Shown: positions 1 to 8,799 of the stretch, piece by piece
How the letters are laid out: each line of letters opens with the position of its first letter
Numbering within the stretch: position 1 is the stretch's first letter
From: Myxococcales bacterium
GTDB lineage: Bacteria > Myxococcota > Myxococcia > Myxococcales > Anaeromyxobacteraceae
Length of the DNA: 15,136 nucleotides
Assembly: GCA_038320275.1 (NCBI GenBank)
Contig: JBBQEB010000092.1
Coordinates: forward strand, 1-15,136
Reading direction: 5' to 3'
Made by a program: the position numbers and the translations under genes
Notes under the pieces: generated by a model
Told to the model about the DNA's origin: nothing
Databases searched by the model: none
Seen by the model: only the letters and a program-made list of their open reading frames with translations

Positions 1-116
1 AGGCCGAGAGCCCAGCGGGGCGGGGCGCGCGGTTCACCCTGCGCCTTCCAGTCGTGCAGGGACCCACGCCCGCCGCGGGGGCTTCTACCCAGGCCACCAC
101 CGGGGGCGAGACGTGA
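1..116 (+). CDS. C-terminal end of a sensor histidine kinase (HATPase_c tail), partial
   Basis: Frame from base 3 reads AESPAGRGARFTLRLP...GGET*, typical of the end of a HATPase_c domain. Its TGA (114-116) overlaps the GTG start (113-115) of the response regulator. Confidence 0.75.
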   Translation, partial: AESPAGRGARFTLRLPVVQGPTPAAGASTQATTGGET

Positions 117-1513
117 CGCCGACCCGCGTCCTGGTGGTGGACGACAAGGAGAACATGCTGAAGCTGTTCGCCAAGATCCTGGCCGACGGCTACCGGCTCA
201 CCACCGCCTCCGACGGCACCGCCGCCCTCGCGCTCGTGGCGAGCGAGCCCTTCGACGTGGTGGTGACCGACCTGCGCATGCCGGGGGCGGGCGGCTTCGA
301 CGTGCTGAGCGCCGTGAAGTCGAGGAGCCCGTCCACCGAGGTGGTGGTCATGACCGGCTACGCGGCGGTGTCGGACGCGGTGAAGGCCATCAAGCTCGGC
401 GCCTACGACTATCTGGAGAAGCCGTTCGATCCCGACGCGGCGGGCCTGGTGGTGGCGCGGGCCGCCGAGCGCAAGCGGCTGCGCGACGAGGCGGCGAGCC
501 TCCGGCGCGAGCTGGTCAGCGCCTACGGCTTCCACAACCTCATCGGCCGCAGCAGCCGAATGCGGGAGGTGTACCGCCTGCTCGAGTCGGCGGCCGGGCT
601 CGACATCACCGTGCTGCTCCTGGGCGCGACCGGCACCGGCAAGGAGCTCGCCGCCCGCGCCATCCACTACCACTCCGGCCGCCGCGATCGCCGCTTCGTC
701 GCGGTGAACTGCGGCGCGCTTCCGCCTGAGCTGGTGGAGAGCGAGCTCTTCGGACACGCGCGCGGGGCGTTCACCGGCGCGGGGCCCGCCAAGGCGGGCC
801 TGTTCGAGGCTGCGGAGGGTGGCACGCTGTTCCTGGACGAGGTGGGCGAGCTGCCGCTGGCGGCCCAGGTGAAGCTCAACCGAGCGCTCCAGGAGAAGGA
901 GATCCGCCGCGTCGGCGAGACCACCGCCATCGCGGTGGACGTCCGGATCCTGGCTGCGACGCATCGCGACCTCGAGGCGGAGATCGCAGCCGGTCGCTTT
1001 CGCGAGGACCTCTTCTACCGGCTGCACGTCTTCCCGGTCCGGATGCCTTCGCTGCGCGAGCGGCCCGAGGACCTGCCGCTGCTCGCCGAGCACTTTCGCG
1101 AGAAGCACTCACGCGCCTTCGGACGCCCCACCACCGGCCTCGACCCGGGGGCCTTGCGGGCGCTCACCTCGTACGGCTGGCCCGGCAACGTCCGCGAGCT
1201 GGAGAACGCGCTCGAGCGGGCGGTGGCGGTGACTCGAGGGCCGCTCATCGTCGCGGAGGACCTTCCCCCCGGAGTGGCGGCCGCTGCCGGCTCCGAGCGG
1301 CCGGCGGCGGGCGACGGCGCCGACCTCACCGCCCTGCCCTATCGTGAGGCGGTGGACGCGGCCCGCGATCACGCCTCGCGCGCGTACCTCGCCGCGCTTC
1401 TTCGCGAGCTGCAGGGCAACGTCACGCAGGCCGCTGCCCGCGCTGGCATGGAGCGCGAGAGCCTGCACCGGCTCCTCAAGCGACACGGCCTGAGGTCGGA
1501 GGATTTCAGGTGA
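113..1513 (+). CDS. Sigma-54-dependent response regulator, NtrC/AtoC family (REC + AAA+ + Fis-type HTH)
   Basis: REC ([20 protein letters not shown]), Walker [22 protein letters not shown], Walker [23 protein letters not shown], and C-terminal [24 protein letters not shown]. Confidence 0.96.
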   Translation: MTPTRVLVVDDKENMLKLFAKILADGYRLTTASDGTAALALVASEPFDVVVTDLRMPGAGGFDVLSAVKSRSPSTEVVVMTGYAAVSDAVKAIKLGAYDYLEKPFDPDAAGLVVARAAERKRLRDEAASLRRELVSAYGFHNLIGRSSRMREVYRLLESAAGLDITVLLLGATGTGKELAARAIHYHSGRRDRRFVAVNCGALPPELVESELFGHARGAFTGAGPAKAGLFEAAEGGTLFLDEVGELPLAAQVKLNRALQEKEIRRVGETTAIAVDVRILAATHRDLEAEIAAGRFREDLFYRLHVFPVRMPSLRERPEDLPLLAEHFREKHSRAFGRPTTGLDPGALRALTSYGWPGNVRELENALERAVAVTRGPLIVAEDLPPGVAAAAGSERPAAGDGADLTALPYREAVDAARDHASRAYLAALLRELQGNVTQAAARAGMERESLHRLLKRHGLRSEDFR

Positions 1514-1522
1514 ACGCGGCTT

Positions 1523-2002
1523 CTACAGCTGCGACAGGATGGTGTCGAACACGAAGGTCTCCAGCCGCGCCGCGTCGGCAGGTGCCACGCCGACGAGCTG
1601 GAAGCCGACCCGCGCGTGGCCGGCCCCGGCGCGCACCTCGACGGCGCGGGTGGCGCAGGAGAGCGGGGCTCCGCCCGGGATGCGCAGCGTGACCTTGCCT
1701 TCCTCGCCCACCGTGGGCGGCTTCTCGAGCAGGGCGGAAAAGCCGCCCGTCGAGACGTCGAGGGTGATGGCCCGCACGCGCCCGGCTGCGAGCTCGACGT
1801 CCGCCTGGAGCGCTCGCGCCACCCGCACCGCCGAGCGCACGCCCTGCCCCGGGCGCACCGTGAGGTGCTGGGCGGCGAGCACCGTTCGCGCGAGCTCGTC
1901 GCGGCTGGCGTGGTACTCGGCGCGCTCCCCCGGGGAGAGCTCTCCGTCCTTCGACCTGGCGTGCAGCTCGCGGAACCGCTTCATCCACTCGGTGAGGCCC
2001 AT
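1523..2002 (-). CDS. PilZ domain protein with N-terminal helical extension (probable c-di-GMP receptor)
   Basis: RxxxR (RSAVR) and DxSxxG (DVSTGG) motifs followed by a beta-rich PilZ barrel (RVGFQL). RBS-like GAGGGAG upstream. Confidence 0.85.
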   Translation of the reverse strand: MGLTEWMKRFRELHARSKDGELSPGERAEYHASRDELARTVLAAQHLTVRPGQGVRSAVRVARALQADVELAAGRVRAITLDVSTGGFSALLEKPPTVGEEGKVTLRIPGGAPLSCATRAVEVRAGAGHARVGFQLVGVAPADAARLETFVFDTILSQL

Positions 2003-2035
2003 GCAGCTCCCTCGAACGACGCGCGCCGCGCGCCT

Positions 2036-2308
2036 CTACAGCGCCTTCTTCAGCTCCGGCGCCGGCTTGAAGCCCACCGTCTTCGTGGGAGCGATCTTGA
2101 TCTCCGCGCCGGTCTGCGGGTTGCGCCCCACCCGCCCGGCGCGCCGCTTCACGACGAAGGTGCCGAACCCAGGCATGGAGAAGCGCTTGTCCTTGCGGAT
2201 GGCGCGCGCCAGCTGCTCGAAGACCGCATCGACGATGTCCGAGACCTGCCGCTTGGAGAGATCCGCCCGGACCGTCTGGACTTTCCCGATGAGGTCGGCC
2301 TTCGTCAT
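2036..2308 (-). CDS. hup: HU family histone-like DNA-binding protein
   Basis: 90 aa with MTKADLI, GFGTF, GRNPQTG and FKPAPELK signatures. Confidence 0.95.
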   Translation of the reverse strand: MTKADLIGKVQTVRADLSKRQVSDIVDAVFEQLARAIRKDKRFSMPGFGTFVVKRRAGRVGRNPQTGAEIKIAPTKTVGFKPAPELKKAL

Positions 2309-2356
2309 GTCGGGGTCTTCTCTCGCGCGGAACGGCGCCGTCGAATGGAGCGCGCG

Positions 2357-2385
2357 AACCTAGCGCCCGGCCGAAGAGCGGTCAA
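2357..2385 (-). promoter_or_regulatory. Sigma-70-type promoter candidate for the HU gene
   Basis: Minus strand reads TTGACC (2385-2380), a 17-bp spacer, then TAGGTT (2362-2357), about 50 bp upstream of the HU ATG. Confidence 0.65.
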
Positions 2386-2428
2386 GGCGCGCGATGCCGC
2401 CGCTCCGCCCTGGGGGGAGCGCGTTTCC

Positions 2429-3253
2429 TCACACCCCCCCGAGGCCCAGCAGGCGCCGCGCCTCCCCGGACGAGGCGGGAGCTCGCCCGGCCTCGCGGGC
2501 GAGGCGCACCGCCGCCGCGACCAGAGGTCCCGAGCCTTCGGAGAGCACGCCCTTCGCGAGGAAGAGGTTGTCCTCCAGCCCCACCCGCAGGTGACCTCCC
2601 ATCCGCAGCGCCAGCGAGGCCACCGGCAGCTGATGGCGCCCCACGCCGGCGGCCGACCAGCGGACCGGCTCCGGAAGGCCCTGGACCAGGAAGCTCAGGT
2701 TGCGCTCGCTGGCGCCCATGCCTCCGGGAACCCCCAGCACGAACTGAACGTGGTACGGCCGCGCCAGGCGATCGCCGGCGAGGAGCCATGCGAGGGTGTC
2801 GAGCATCCCGGCGTCGTACACCTCGCACTCCGCCGCCAGGCCGCGCTCGCGGAGCGCCGCCGCGATGCGGACGATGTCCGGCCGGGTGTTCACGAAGACC
2901 CCGTCCCCGAAGTTCATGGTGCCGAGGTTGAGGGTCGCCACCTCGGCGCCGGCCACCAGCGAGCCCAGGCGCTCGTCCACCGGCATGCCCACCGCTCCTC
3001 CGGTGGAGCACTGGATCACGGCGTCGCAGCCTGCGGCCCGGATGCGGTCGATGATCTCGCGAAAGTGCACGCCCTCCTGCGACGCCCGCCCGTCCGGCCA
3101 GCGCGCGTGCAGGTGGATCGCGGCCGCCCCGGCCCGCCAGGCCGCGACCGCCGCGGCGGCGATCTCCTGCGGCAGGTAGGGCACGTGCGGGCTCTGCGCC
3201 CGGGTGACCTCGGCCCCCACCACCGCGGCGGTGATGACGACGGGCTCGCTCAC
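2429..3253 (-). CDS. kce: 3-keto-5-aminohexanoate cleavage enzyme (BKACE/DUF849)
   Basis: ITAAVVGAE, Zn-binding HLH (IHLHAR), [23 protein letters not shown] overlap with kal; clustered with kal and kamDE. Confidence 0.92.
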   Translation of the reverse strand: MSEPVVITAAVVGAEVTRAQSPHVPYLPQEIAAAAVAAWRAGAAAIHLHARWPDGRASQEGVHFREIIDRIRAAGCDAVIQCSTGGAVGMPVDERLGSLVAGAEVATLNLGTMNFGDGVFVNTRPDIVRIAAALRERGLAAECEVYDAGMLDTLAWLLAGDRLARPYHVQFVLGVPGGMGASERNLSFLVQGLPEPVRWSAAGVGRHQLPVASLALRMGGHLRVGLEDNLFLAKGVLSEGSGPLVAAAVRLAREAGRAPASSGEARRLLGLGGV

Positions 3254-3651
3254 GGGCGGCGCTGCTTCCCGCGCGGCACGACGCAGGTCCCGGTGGCGCG
3301 GCAGACCACCACCGGCGCGTCGAGGAGGTCGGCGGCGCTGTCGGAGAGGTCGCGCCTCGGCGCGATGACCTTGCGGGCCTCGAAGCGCATCGCGCGCGAG
3401 GTGGCGCCGGCGCGGGTGATCTCTCCCTCGGCCTCCACGAAGTCGCCGGCGTACACCGGCGCCAGGAACTCCACCGCGTCGTACGCGCGGAAGAGCCCCT
3501 CGTCGCCGTCGTGACGCACCAGGAGCTCCGTCGCCACGTCGCCGAAGAGCGCCAGCAAGCGCGCCCCGTCCACCAGCCCGCCGCCGTAGTGCGCGTCGGC
3601 CTGCGACATGCGCAGCCGGAGCACCACCTTCGTCGTCGCCTCCCCGCTCAT
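3250..3651 (-). CDS. kal: 3-aminobutyryl-CoA ammonia-lyase (hotdog fold)
   Basis: [51 protein letters not shown] and GTCVVP motifs. ATGA overlap with kamE. Confidence 0.93.
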   Translation of the reverse strand: MSGEATTKVVLRLRMSQADAHYGGGLVDGARLLALFGDVATELLVRHDGDEGLFRAYDAVEFLAPVYAGDFVEAEGEITRAGATSRAMRFEARKVIAPRRDLSDSAADLLDAPVVVCRATGTCVVPRGKQRRP

Positions 3652-4424
3652 CTCCCCTCCTTCCCCATCCTGCGCAGCACTTCAGATACGAGGTAGTTGG
3701 CCACGTCGGACGGCTTCGTCCCCGGCCCGAACCCCGCGTCGTACCCCAGCTCGACGGCGGTGCGGTGGTCGAGCCGGGGGCCGCCCAGGATGGCGATCAC
3801 CTGCCGCCGCACGCCCAGCCGCTCGAGCTCGTCGAGGAGGGCGCGCGCGTTCTCCTTGTGAACGTCGCGCTGGGTGACCACCTGTGACACCAGCACCGCG
3901 TCGGCGCGCTCCTCCTTCACCAGGCGCGCCAGCCGCTCGTTCTCCACCTGCGCGCCCAGGTTGCGGGCGTCGAGCATGGGGTAGCGCTCGAGCCCGTAGT
4001 CTCCGGCGTACCCCTTCATGTTCATGATGGCGTCGATGCCCACCGCGTGCGCGTCCGAACCGGTGCAGGCGCCGAGCACGACGATGCGGCGGCCCACCTC
4101 GCGGCGGACGAGCTCGTCGAGCTCCTCGAAGGTGCGCTTGCGCGAGACCACCTCCGGCACCTTCAGCGCCGAGAGGTCCACCGCCTGCGGGGTGTGCGCG
4201 TACACGACGAAGAAGGTGTAGCCGTCCGCCGCGCGCTCCATGGCCGCCACGTGCACCCCGGTGAGACCCATCTTGCGGGCGAGCTCCGAGGCCGCCTCCC
4301 GCGCCAGCTCGCCCGCGGGCACCGGCAGCACGAACGAGAGCTGCAGCCTGCCGTCGTCGCGCCGGTCCCCGTAAGGCCGCACCAGCCCAGCGGGCCTCGG
4401 CGAAGGATCGCCGGCGGGGGTCAT
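3648..4424 (-). CDS. kamE: Lysine 5,6-aminomutase beta subunit (B12-binding, carries the PLP lysine)
   Basis: RPYGD...[11 protein letters not shown] dimerisation domain, DxHxxG cobalamin motif (SDAHAVG), [28 protein letters not shown]. True start is ATG 4424, overlapping the upstream stop (ATGA); the ORF-track extension to 4688 looks spurious. Confidence 0.94.
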   Translation of the reverse strand: MTPAGDPSPRPAGLVRPYGDRRDDGRLQLSFVLPVPAGELAREAASELARKMGLTGVHVAAMERAADGYTFFVVYAHTPQAVDLSALKVPEVVSRKRTFEELDELVRREVGRRIVVLGACTGSDAHAVGIDAIMNMKGYAGDYGLERYPMLDARNLGAQVENERLARLVKEERADAVLVSQVVTQRDVHKENARALLDELERLGVRRQVIAILGGPRLDHRTAVELGYDAGFGPGTKPSDVANYLVSEVLRRMGKEGR

Positions 4425-4966
4425 GCGCCCGGCCCCGCGGTGAGCGCCGCGCTCGCCGGGAGGCGGCGCATGGCACGCAGCGCCTCGTCCCGCAGCGGGG
4501 ACCTGCCGGTGAAGAAGATGCGGTACTGCTCGCCGCGATCGCACACGGCCCAGGCCCACCCGTGCCACGGGCCCTGGTCCGCCTCCTGGACCACCGCCTT
4601 GCGCCCCGCGAACGTGGTGCTGTGCCGCCGGACCGCGGTGTACTTGGCGGCCCCGCGCGCCAGCACCGCGTCCGCCGCCTGCAGGCACGTGGCGTCGTCA
4701 GGATAAAGCTTGTCGCCGCTCCCGCGGGTCACCACCTCCGCGTCGATGCGCGCGTCTCGCGCGCCGGATTCGAGGAGGACGTGGCGCGCGTCGCCGCTCG
4801 CCGCCCAGCCGGCGGGAGCCTCGAAGGTGAGGCGACCCACGGTGTAGAGGAGCTGGCCCCCGTCGCCTGCGGGGCGCGAGGAAGGGGTGGTGGGCTGCGC
4901 CTGCTGGTGGACCACGGTGCAGCCTGAGCACAGCAGCGCGGCGGCGAGAACGGCTCTGCGGGTCAC
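4421..4966 (-). CDS. Putative lipoprotein, possible PsbP/DcrB-like fold
   Basis: Signal peptide MTRRAVLAAALLCSG|C with a lipobox-like Cys and Pro/Ser/Thr linker. LTFEAPAGW...TTFAGRKAV...YRIFFTG resembles PsbP/DcrB proteins. 4-nt overlaps with both neighbours. Confidence 0.7.
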   Translation of the reverse strand: MTRRAVLAAALLCSGCTVVHQQAQPTTPSSRPAGDGGQLLYTVGRLTFEAPAGWAASGDARHVLLESGARDARIDAEVVTRGSGDKLYPDDATCLQAADAVLARGAAKYTAVRRHSTTFAGRKAVVQEADQGPWHGWAWAVCDRGEQYRIFFTGRSPLRDEALRAMRRLPASAALTAGPGA

Positions 4967-6534
4967 GTGGCCTCCAGGATCTCGAGGAAGGGATTGAAAT
5001 ACGTTACGTCGCGTACGATGACGCCGGCGAGCCCCTTGCCGCCGTCCTCGGCGCGGGCGACGTCACCGAAGCGGGCCTTGCCGATGGACTTCATGAGCCC
5101 GTCCTGTGCCACCTCCTCGAGGAGCTCCCGCGCCTTCGAGAGCGTCTCGCGGGCGCGCCGCTCCACCATGCCGCCGGGAGCGAGCTGCAGCTCCGCCCCC
5201 ATGCTCCGCCACGCGCGATGGACGTAGTCGGCGCTCTTCAGGGCGACGTAGCGGTCCATGAGCAGGGGATTGTGCATCGCCTCCGTCATCATCCCCAGGA
5301 GCTGGATGGACTGGCCGGTGAGCTGGCCCACCACATCCGCCATGACGTCGTAGGCGTGGCTGAAGAAGATGTCGCCCTGCTTGTGCTTCGTGGGCGGCAT
5401 GTACTTCGTCGGCGCGCGGGGAAAGAGCGTTCGCACCAGGAGCGCCTGGGCGAGCTCCCGGGCCACCGTGTCCTCGCGCGCGGGGTCGATCTCGAAGGCG
5501 TGGCCGAACCCGATGAGCTCGTCCGGCAGCCCGGCCCGGTGGGCAAAGCTCTCGTTTACGAGCTGGGAGGCGATGACGGTGTGGGCCGCCTCGTCGGCGT
5601 CGGCGGTGGTGATGTAGTTGTCCTCCCCGGTGTTGATGACGATGCCGGCGAACGCGCAGACCCGCCGGGAGAAGTCGCCGTCGCAGAGCGTCCGCTTCAT
5701 GTTGATGTCGCGGAACAGGATGCCGTACATGGCGTCGTTGAGGAGCATGTCGAGCCGCTCCCACGCCGCCGCGAAGGCGATCTCGCTCATGCAGAGGCCG
5801 GACGAGTAGTTGGTGAGGTGCACGTACCGGCGCAGGCGGCGCGACTCCGCATCGAGCGCCTCTCGCATGATGCGGAAGTTCTCCTGGGTGGCGTAGGTGC
5901 CGCCGTAGCCCTCGGTGGTGGCGCCGTCCGGCACGTAGTCGAGGAGCGACTGGGCGGTGGAGCGGATGACGGCGATGACGTCCGCCCCCGCCTGCGCTGC
6001 GGCGCGCGCCTGCTCCACATCGTCGTCGATGTTGCCGGTCGCGACGATGAGGTACTTGTGCGGCCTCCGCCCCACCCCCAGCTCGCTGCGCAGGGCGTCC
6101 CGCTCCTCGACGCGCCGCCGCAGCTCGTTCGCGGCCGAGCGCGCTTCGGCGCGCATCGCGGCGAGGAGCTGCGCCTCCTCGGCGGGGGCGAGCCGTGCGG
6201 GCGCGCCTGGCAGGGCGGCGAAGCGCTCCACCACCGCCGCCGGATCGCGCGCACCGGCCCGGTAGGCGTAGCCGAGCCAGTAGGCCGCGCCCCGCCCGGC
6301 CAGCCCCCGCGCGTGCAGCGCGTCCACCATGAGGTTGACCCAGGGCACGCCGCGCGGCCCGGCGCCGTGGAAGCCCAGCAGGCGCAGCACGGTGCGCTCG
6401 ATGGAGACGGTGGTGTGGCGCCGCACGGAGCGCAGGACGTCCGCGGCGATCCCGTCGGCGAGCTCCCGGCAGCGCCCGACCTCCGCGCCGTCGAGGCGGA
6501 GGTCTGGAACCGTCCGGCCGTCGGAGAGCTGCAT
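4963..6534 (-). CDS. kamD: Lysine 5,6-aminomutase alpha subunit (TIM barrel)
   Basis: HTTVSIERTVLRLLG, IVATGNI, VIRSTAQSLLDYVP, GGTYATQENF, NYSSGLCM, NDAMYGILFRDIN, NTGEDNY, KYMPPTK, GGKGL, YFNPF. Confidence 0.96.
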   Translation of the reverse strand: MQLSDGRTVPDLRLDGAEVGRCRELADGIAADVLRSVRRHTTVSIERTVLRLLGFHGAGPRGVPWVNLMVDALHARGLAGRGAAYWLGYAYRAGARDPAAVVERFAALPGAPARLAPAEEAQLLAAMRAEARSAANELRRRVEERDALRSELGVGRRPHKYLIVATGNIDDDVEQARAAAQAGADVIAVIRSTAQSLLDYVPDGATTEGYGGTYATQENFRIMREALDAESRRLRRYVHLTNYSSGLCMSEIAFAAAWERLDMLLNDAMYGILFRDINMKRTLCDGDFSRRVCAFAGIVINTGEDNYITTADADEAAHTVIASQLVNESFAHRAGLPDELIGFGHAFEIDPAREDTVARELAQALLVRTLFPRAPTKYMPPTKHKQGDIFFSHAYDVMADVVGQLTGQSIQLLGMMTEAMHNPLLMDRYVALKSADYVHRAWRSMGAELQLAPGGMVERRARETLSKARELLEEVAQDGLMKSIGKARFGDVARAEDGGKGLAGVIVRDVTYFNPFLEILEAT

Positions 6535-6555
6535 GGCCGGTGAGATAGCCGCGGG

Positions 6556-7659
6556 TCAGGTGGCGCGCAGGAGGGCCGGCCACCGCCGGACCAGCCCTAG
6601 CAGCGGCAGCGCTGGCCACTCGCCGGACACCAGGGCGGCGAGCGCCTCCGCCACCCCGCGGTCCGCGGCGGCGCGGCGCCAGCGAGGGTCCGGGCCGTAG
6701 AGCCGCCCCGCCAGACGCGCGCAGAGCGCGAGCGTGACGCCCGAGCGGGACGCGTGCAGCGCCCTCCGGTACGCGCCGACCGAGGGCGCGGCTCCCCGGG
6801 ACAGCGCCCGCGCGGCGTGCTTTCCGGCGATGCGCCCGGACCAGAGCGCGTAGCGGATGCCCTCTCCCGCCAGGGGATCGACCCCCAGCGCCTCGCCCGC
6901 CAGGAGCGCTCGCCCGCTGCCGTAGGGGCCACCCGGCTGGTAGAGCCGGATGGCGCTGCGGTCCGCACCGCCCGCGGAGAGCCCCTCACGAGCCGCGAAG
7001 CGCGCCAGCGCTGCGGCGAGGTCGGGCGCTCGCTTGCTGGAATAGACGCCGCAGCTCTCGGCGGGCGCGCCCGGTCCCACGCACGGGAAGCGCCAGGCGT
7101 AGCCCGCCACACCGGCATCGAGGTCGAAGACGAGGTCCCACTGCTCCGCGGCCGGGAGCTGCGCCTCGCAGAGTGGCACCCGCCGCCCCTGGGGCAGTCC
7201 GAGGCAGCGGCGGGTCGCGCCGGAGACGCCGTCCGCGGCGATCATCGCGCCGAAGCGAATGGGCCCTTGCGAGGTGTGCGCGATGTCGCCGTGGACCGCC
7301 TGGAGCGCAGTCCCCTCGCGCACCTGGGCACCGGCTTCACGCGCCTGCGCCACCAGATCGGCATCCAGCTCCAGCCTTCGCACCACCACCGCCGCATGTG
7401 GAAGATCGACGCGAGAGATGGCACCGCCCAGGCGGAGCAAGGCATGGCCGGTCACCGCGTGGCGGACCCGCAGCACGAGCCCGGAGAGCTCCAGCTCGCG
7501 CAGCCCGCCTCCGGTGATGGCGCCGCCGCAGAGCTTCTCGCGCGGGAAGCGAGCCGCGTCGATGACCGTCACCGCGAGCTTCGGGTCCTGGGCGTGCGCC
7601 GCCACGGCGGCTGCGCAGCCGGCGGGTCCCGCGCCCACCACGAGGAGGTCGCATCGCAT
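6556..7659 (-). CDS. NAD(P)/FAD-dependent oxidoreductase, geranylgeranyl reductase family
   Basis: GAGPAG dinucleotide fold, FPREKLCGGAI, AADG, GYAWRFP, LLAGEA..VDPLAGEGIRYALWSG. Confidence 0.88.
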   Translation of the reverse strand: MRCDLLVVGAGPAGCAAAVAAHAQDPKLAVTVIDAARFPREKLCGGAITGGGLRELELSGLVLRVRHAVTGHALLRLGGAISRVDLPHAAVVVRRLELDADLVAQAREAGAQVREGTALQAVHGDIAHTSQGPIRFGAMIAADGVSGATRRCLGLPQGRRVPLCEAQLPAAEQWDLVFDLDAGVAGYAWRFPCVGPGAPAESCGVYSSKRAPDLAAALARFAAREGLSAGGADRSAIRLYQPGGPYGSGRALLAGEALGVDPLAGEGIRYALWSGRIAGKHAARALSRGAAPSVGAYRRALHASRSGVTLALCARLAGRLYGPDPRWRRAAADRGVAEALAALVSGEWPALPLLGLVRRWPALLRAT

Positions 7660-7731
7660 GCCCCGCGGATCATGCGCCAGGAGACGGTCGCGCGCGAGCC
7701 CGGCCGAAAGAAAACGGCTGGCGCACAGGGG

Positions 7732-8793
7732 CTACGGTGCGTCCGGGGCGCGAATCCGCCCACCCCCGAGCACCTCGTCGCCCGCGTAGAACACCGCCGC
7801 CTGCCCAGGCGCCACGCCGCGGACCGCGGCCGAGAGGACCACCTCCGCGGCGCTCCCCAGGGCGCGCACCTCGCCGGGCGCCCCTGCGTGCCGGTGGCGC
7901 ACCCGCACCCGCGCCGCCACCGGGCCGGCAGGCGGGACGCCCGCGACCCAGCGCACCTCCTCCACCGCGAAGCGATCGCGCGAAGCTTCCGCCGGGGAGC
8001 CCACCACCACCCGCCCCCCCTCGGCCTCCAGCCGCACCACGTAGCGCGTGGCGCCGCCGCCCAGCCCCAGCCCGCGACGTTGACCCACCGTGAACCGATG
8101 CACGCCGCCGTGGCGGGCCAGCACCTCGCCCGAGGTGGAGACGACCTCTCCCGGGCGGAGCCGCTCCGGCGCGCGCAAGGCGACGAAATCGCCCGCGTCT
8201 CCGCGAGTGACGAAGCAGATCTCCTGCGACTCGGGCTTCTCGGCCACGGGCAGCCCGAAGCGCCTCGCGATCGCGCGGACCTCCGCCTTGTCGAGCCCTC
8301 CCACCGGGAAGAGGACGTCGCAGAGCGCCTCCTGGCCGAGCCCGTACAGGAAGTAGCTCTGGTCCTTCGGGTGGGGCGAGGCGAGTAGCGCGAACCTGCC
8401 CCCGCGCCGCTCGACGCGCGCATAGTGGCCCGTCGCGAGCTTCGCGCCCAGCGCCCGCGCGCGCCGCAGGAGCCAGCCAAACTTCACGTCGTGGTTGCAG
8501 GCGATGCAGGGATTGGGGGTTCGCCCGGCAGCGTAGTCCTCCACGAACGGGCCGATCACGGCCCGGGCGAAGTGCTCCTCGAGGTCGGCCACGTAAAAGG
8601 GGATCCCGAGCACCCGGGCGGCGGCGCGGGCGTCCTCGAGGTCGTCGGCGCCGCAGCAGGAGCGCCCGCGGGCCGGGTCGGAGGCGTCGTGCACCCGCAT
8701 CGAGACGCCCACCACCTCGTGGCCGGCCTCGGTCAGGAGGGCGGCGGCGACCGACGAGTCGACCCCGCCGGACATGGCGACCAGCACACGCAC
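7732..8793 (-). CDS. mnmA: tRNA 2-thiouridine(34) synthase MnmA
   Basis: SGGVDS PP-loop, [56 protein letters not shown]. Confidence 0.97.
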   Translation of the reverse strand: MRVLVAMSGGVDSSVAAALLTEAGHEVVGVSMRVHDASDPARGRSCCGADDLEDARAAARVLGIPFYVADLEEHFARAVIGPFVEDYAAGRTPNPCIACNHDVKFGWLLRRARALGAKLATGHYARVERRGGRFALLASPHPKDQSYFLYGLGQEALCDVLFPVGGLDKAEVRAIARRFGLPVAEKPESQEICFVTRGDAGDFVALRAPERLRPGEVVSTSGEVLARHGGVHRFTVGQRRGLGLGGGATRYVVRLEAEGGRVVVGSPAEASRDRFAVEEVRWVAGVPPAGPVAARVRVRHRHAGAPGEVRALGSAAEVVLSAAVRGVAPGQAAVFYAGDEVLGGGRIRAPDAP

Positions 8794-8799
8794 GCTGGC

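Noticed and set aside
2401..2421. CGCTCC/GGAGCG hairpin after kce as an intrinsic terminator
   Set aside because: Short GC stem with no U-tract on the minus strand; insufficient support.
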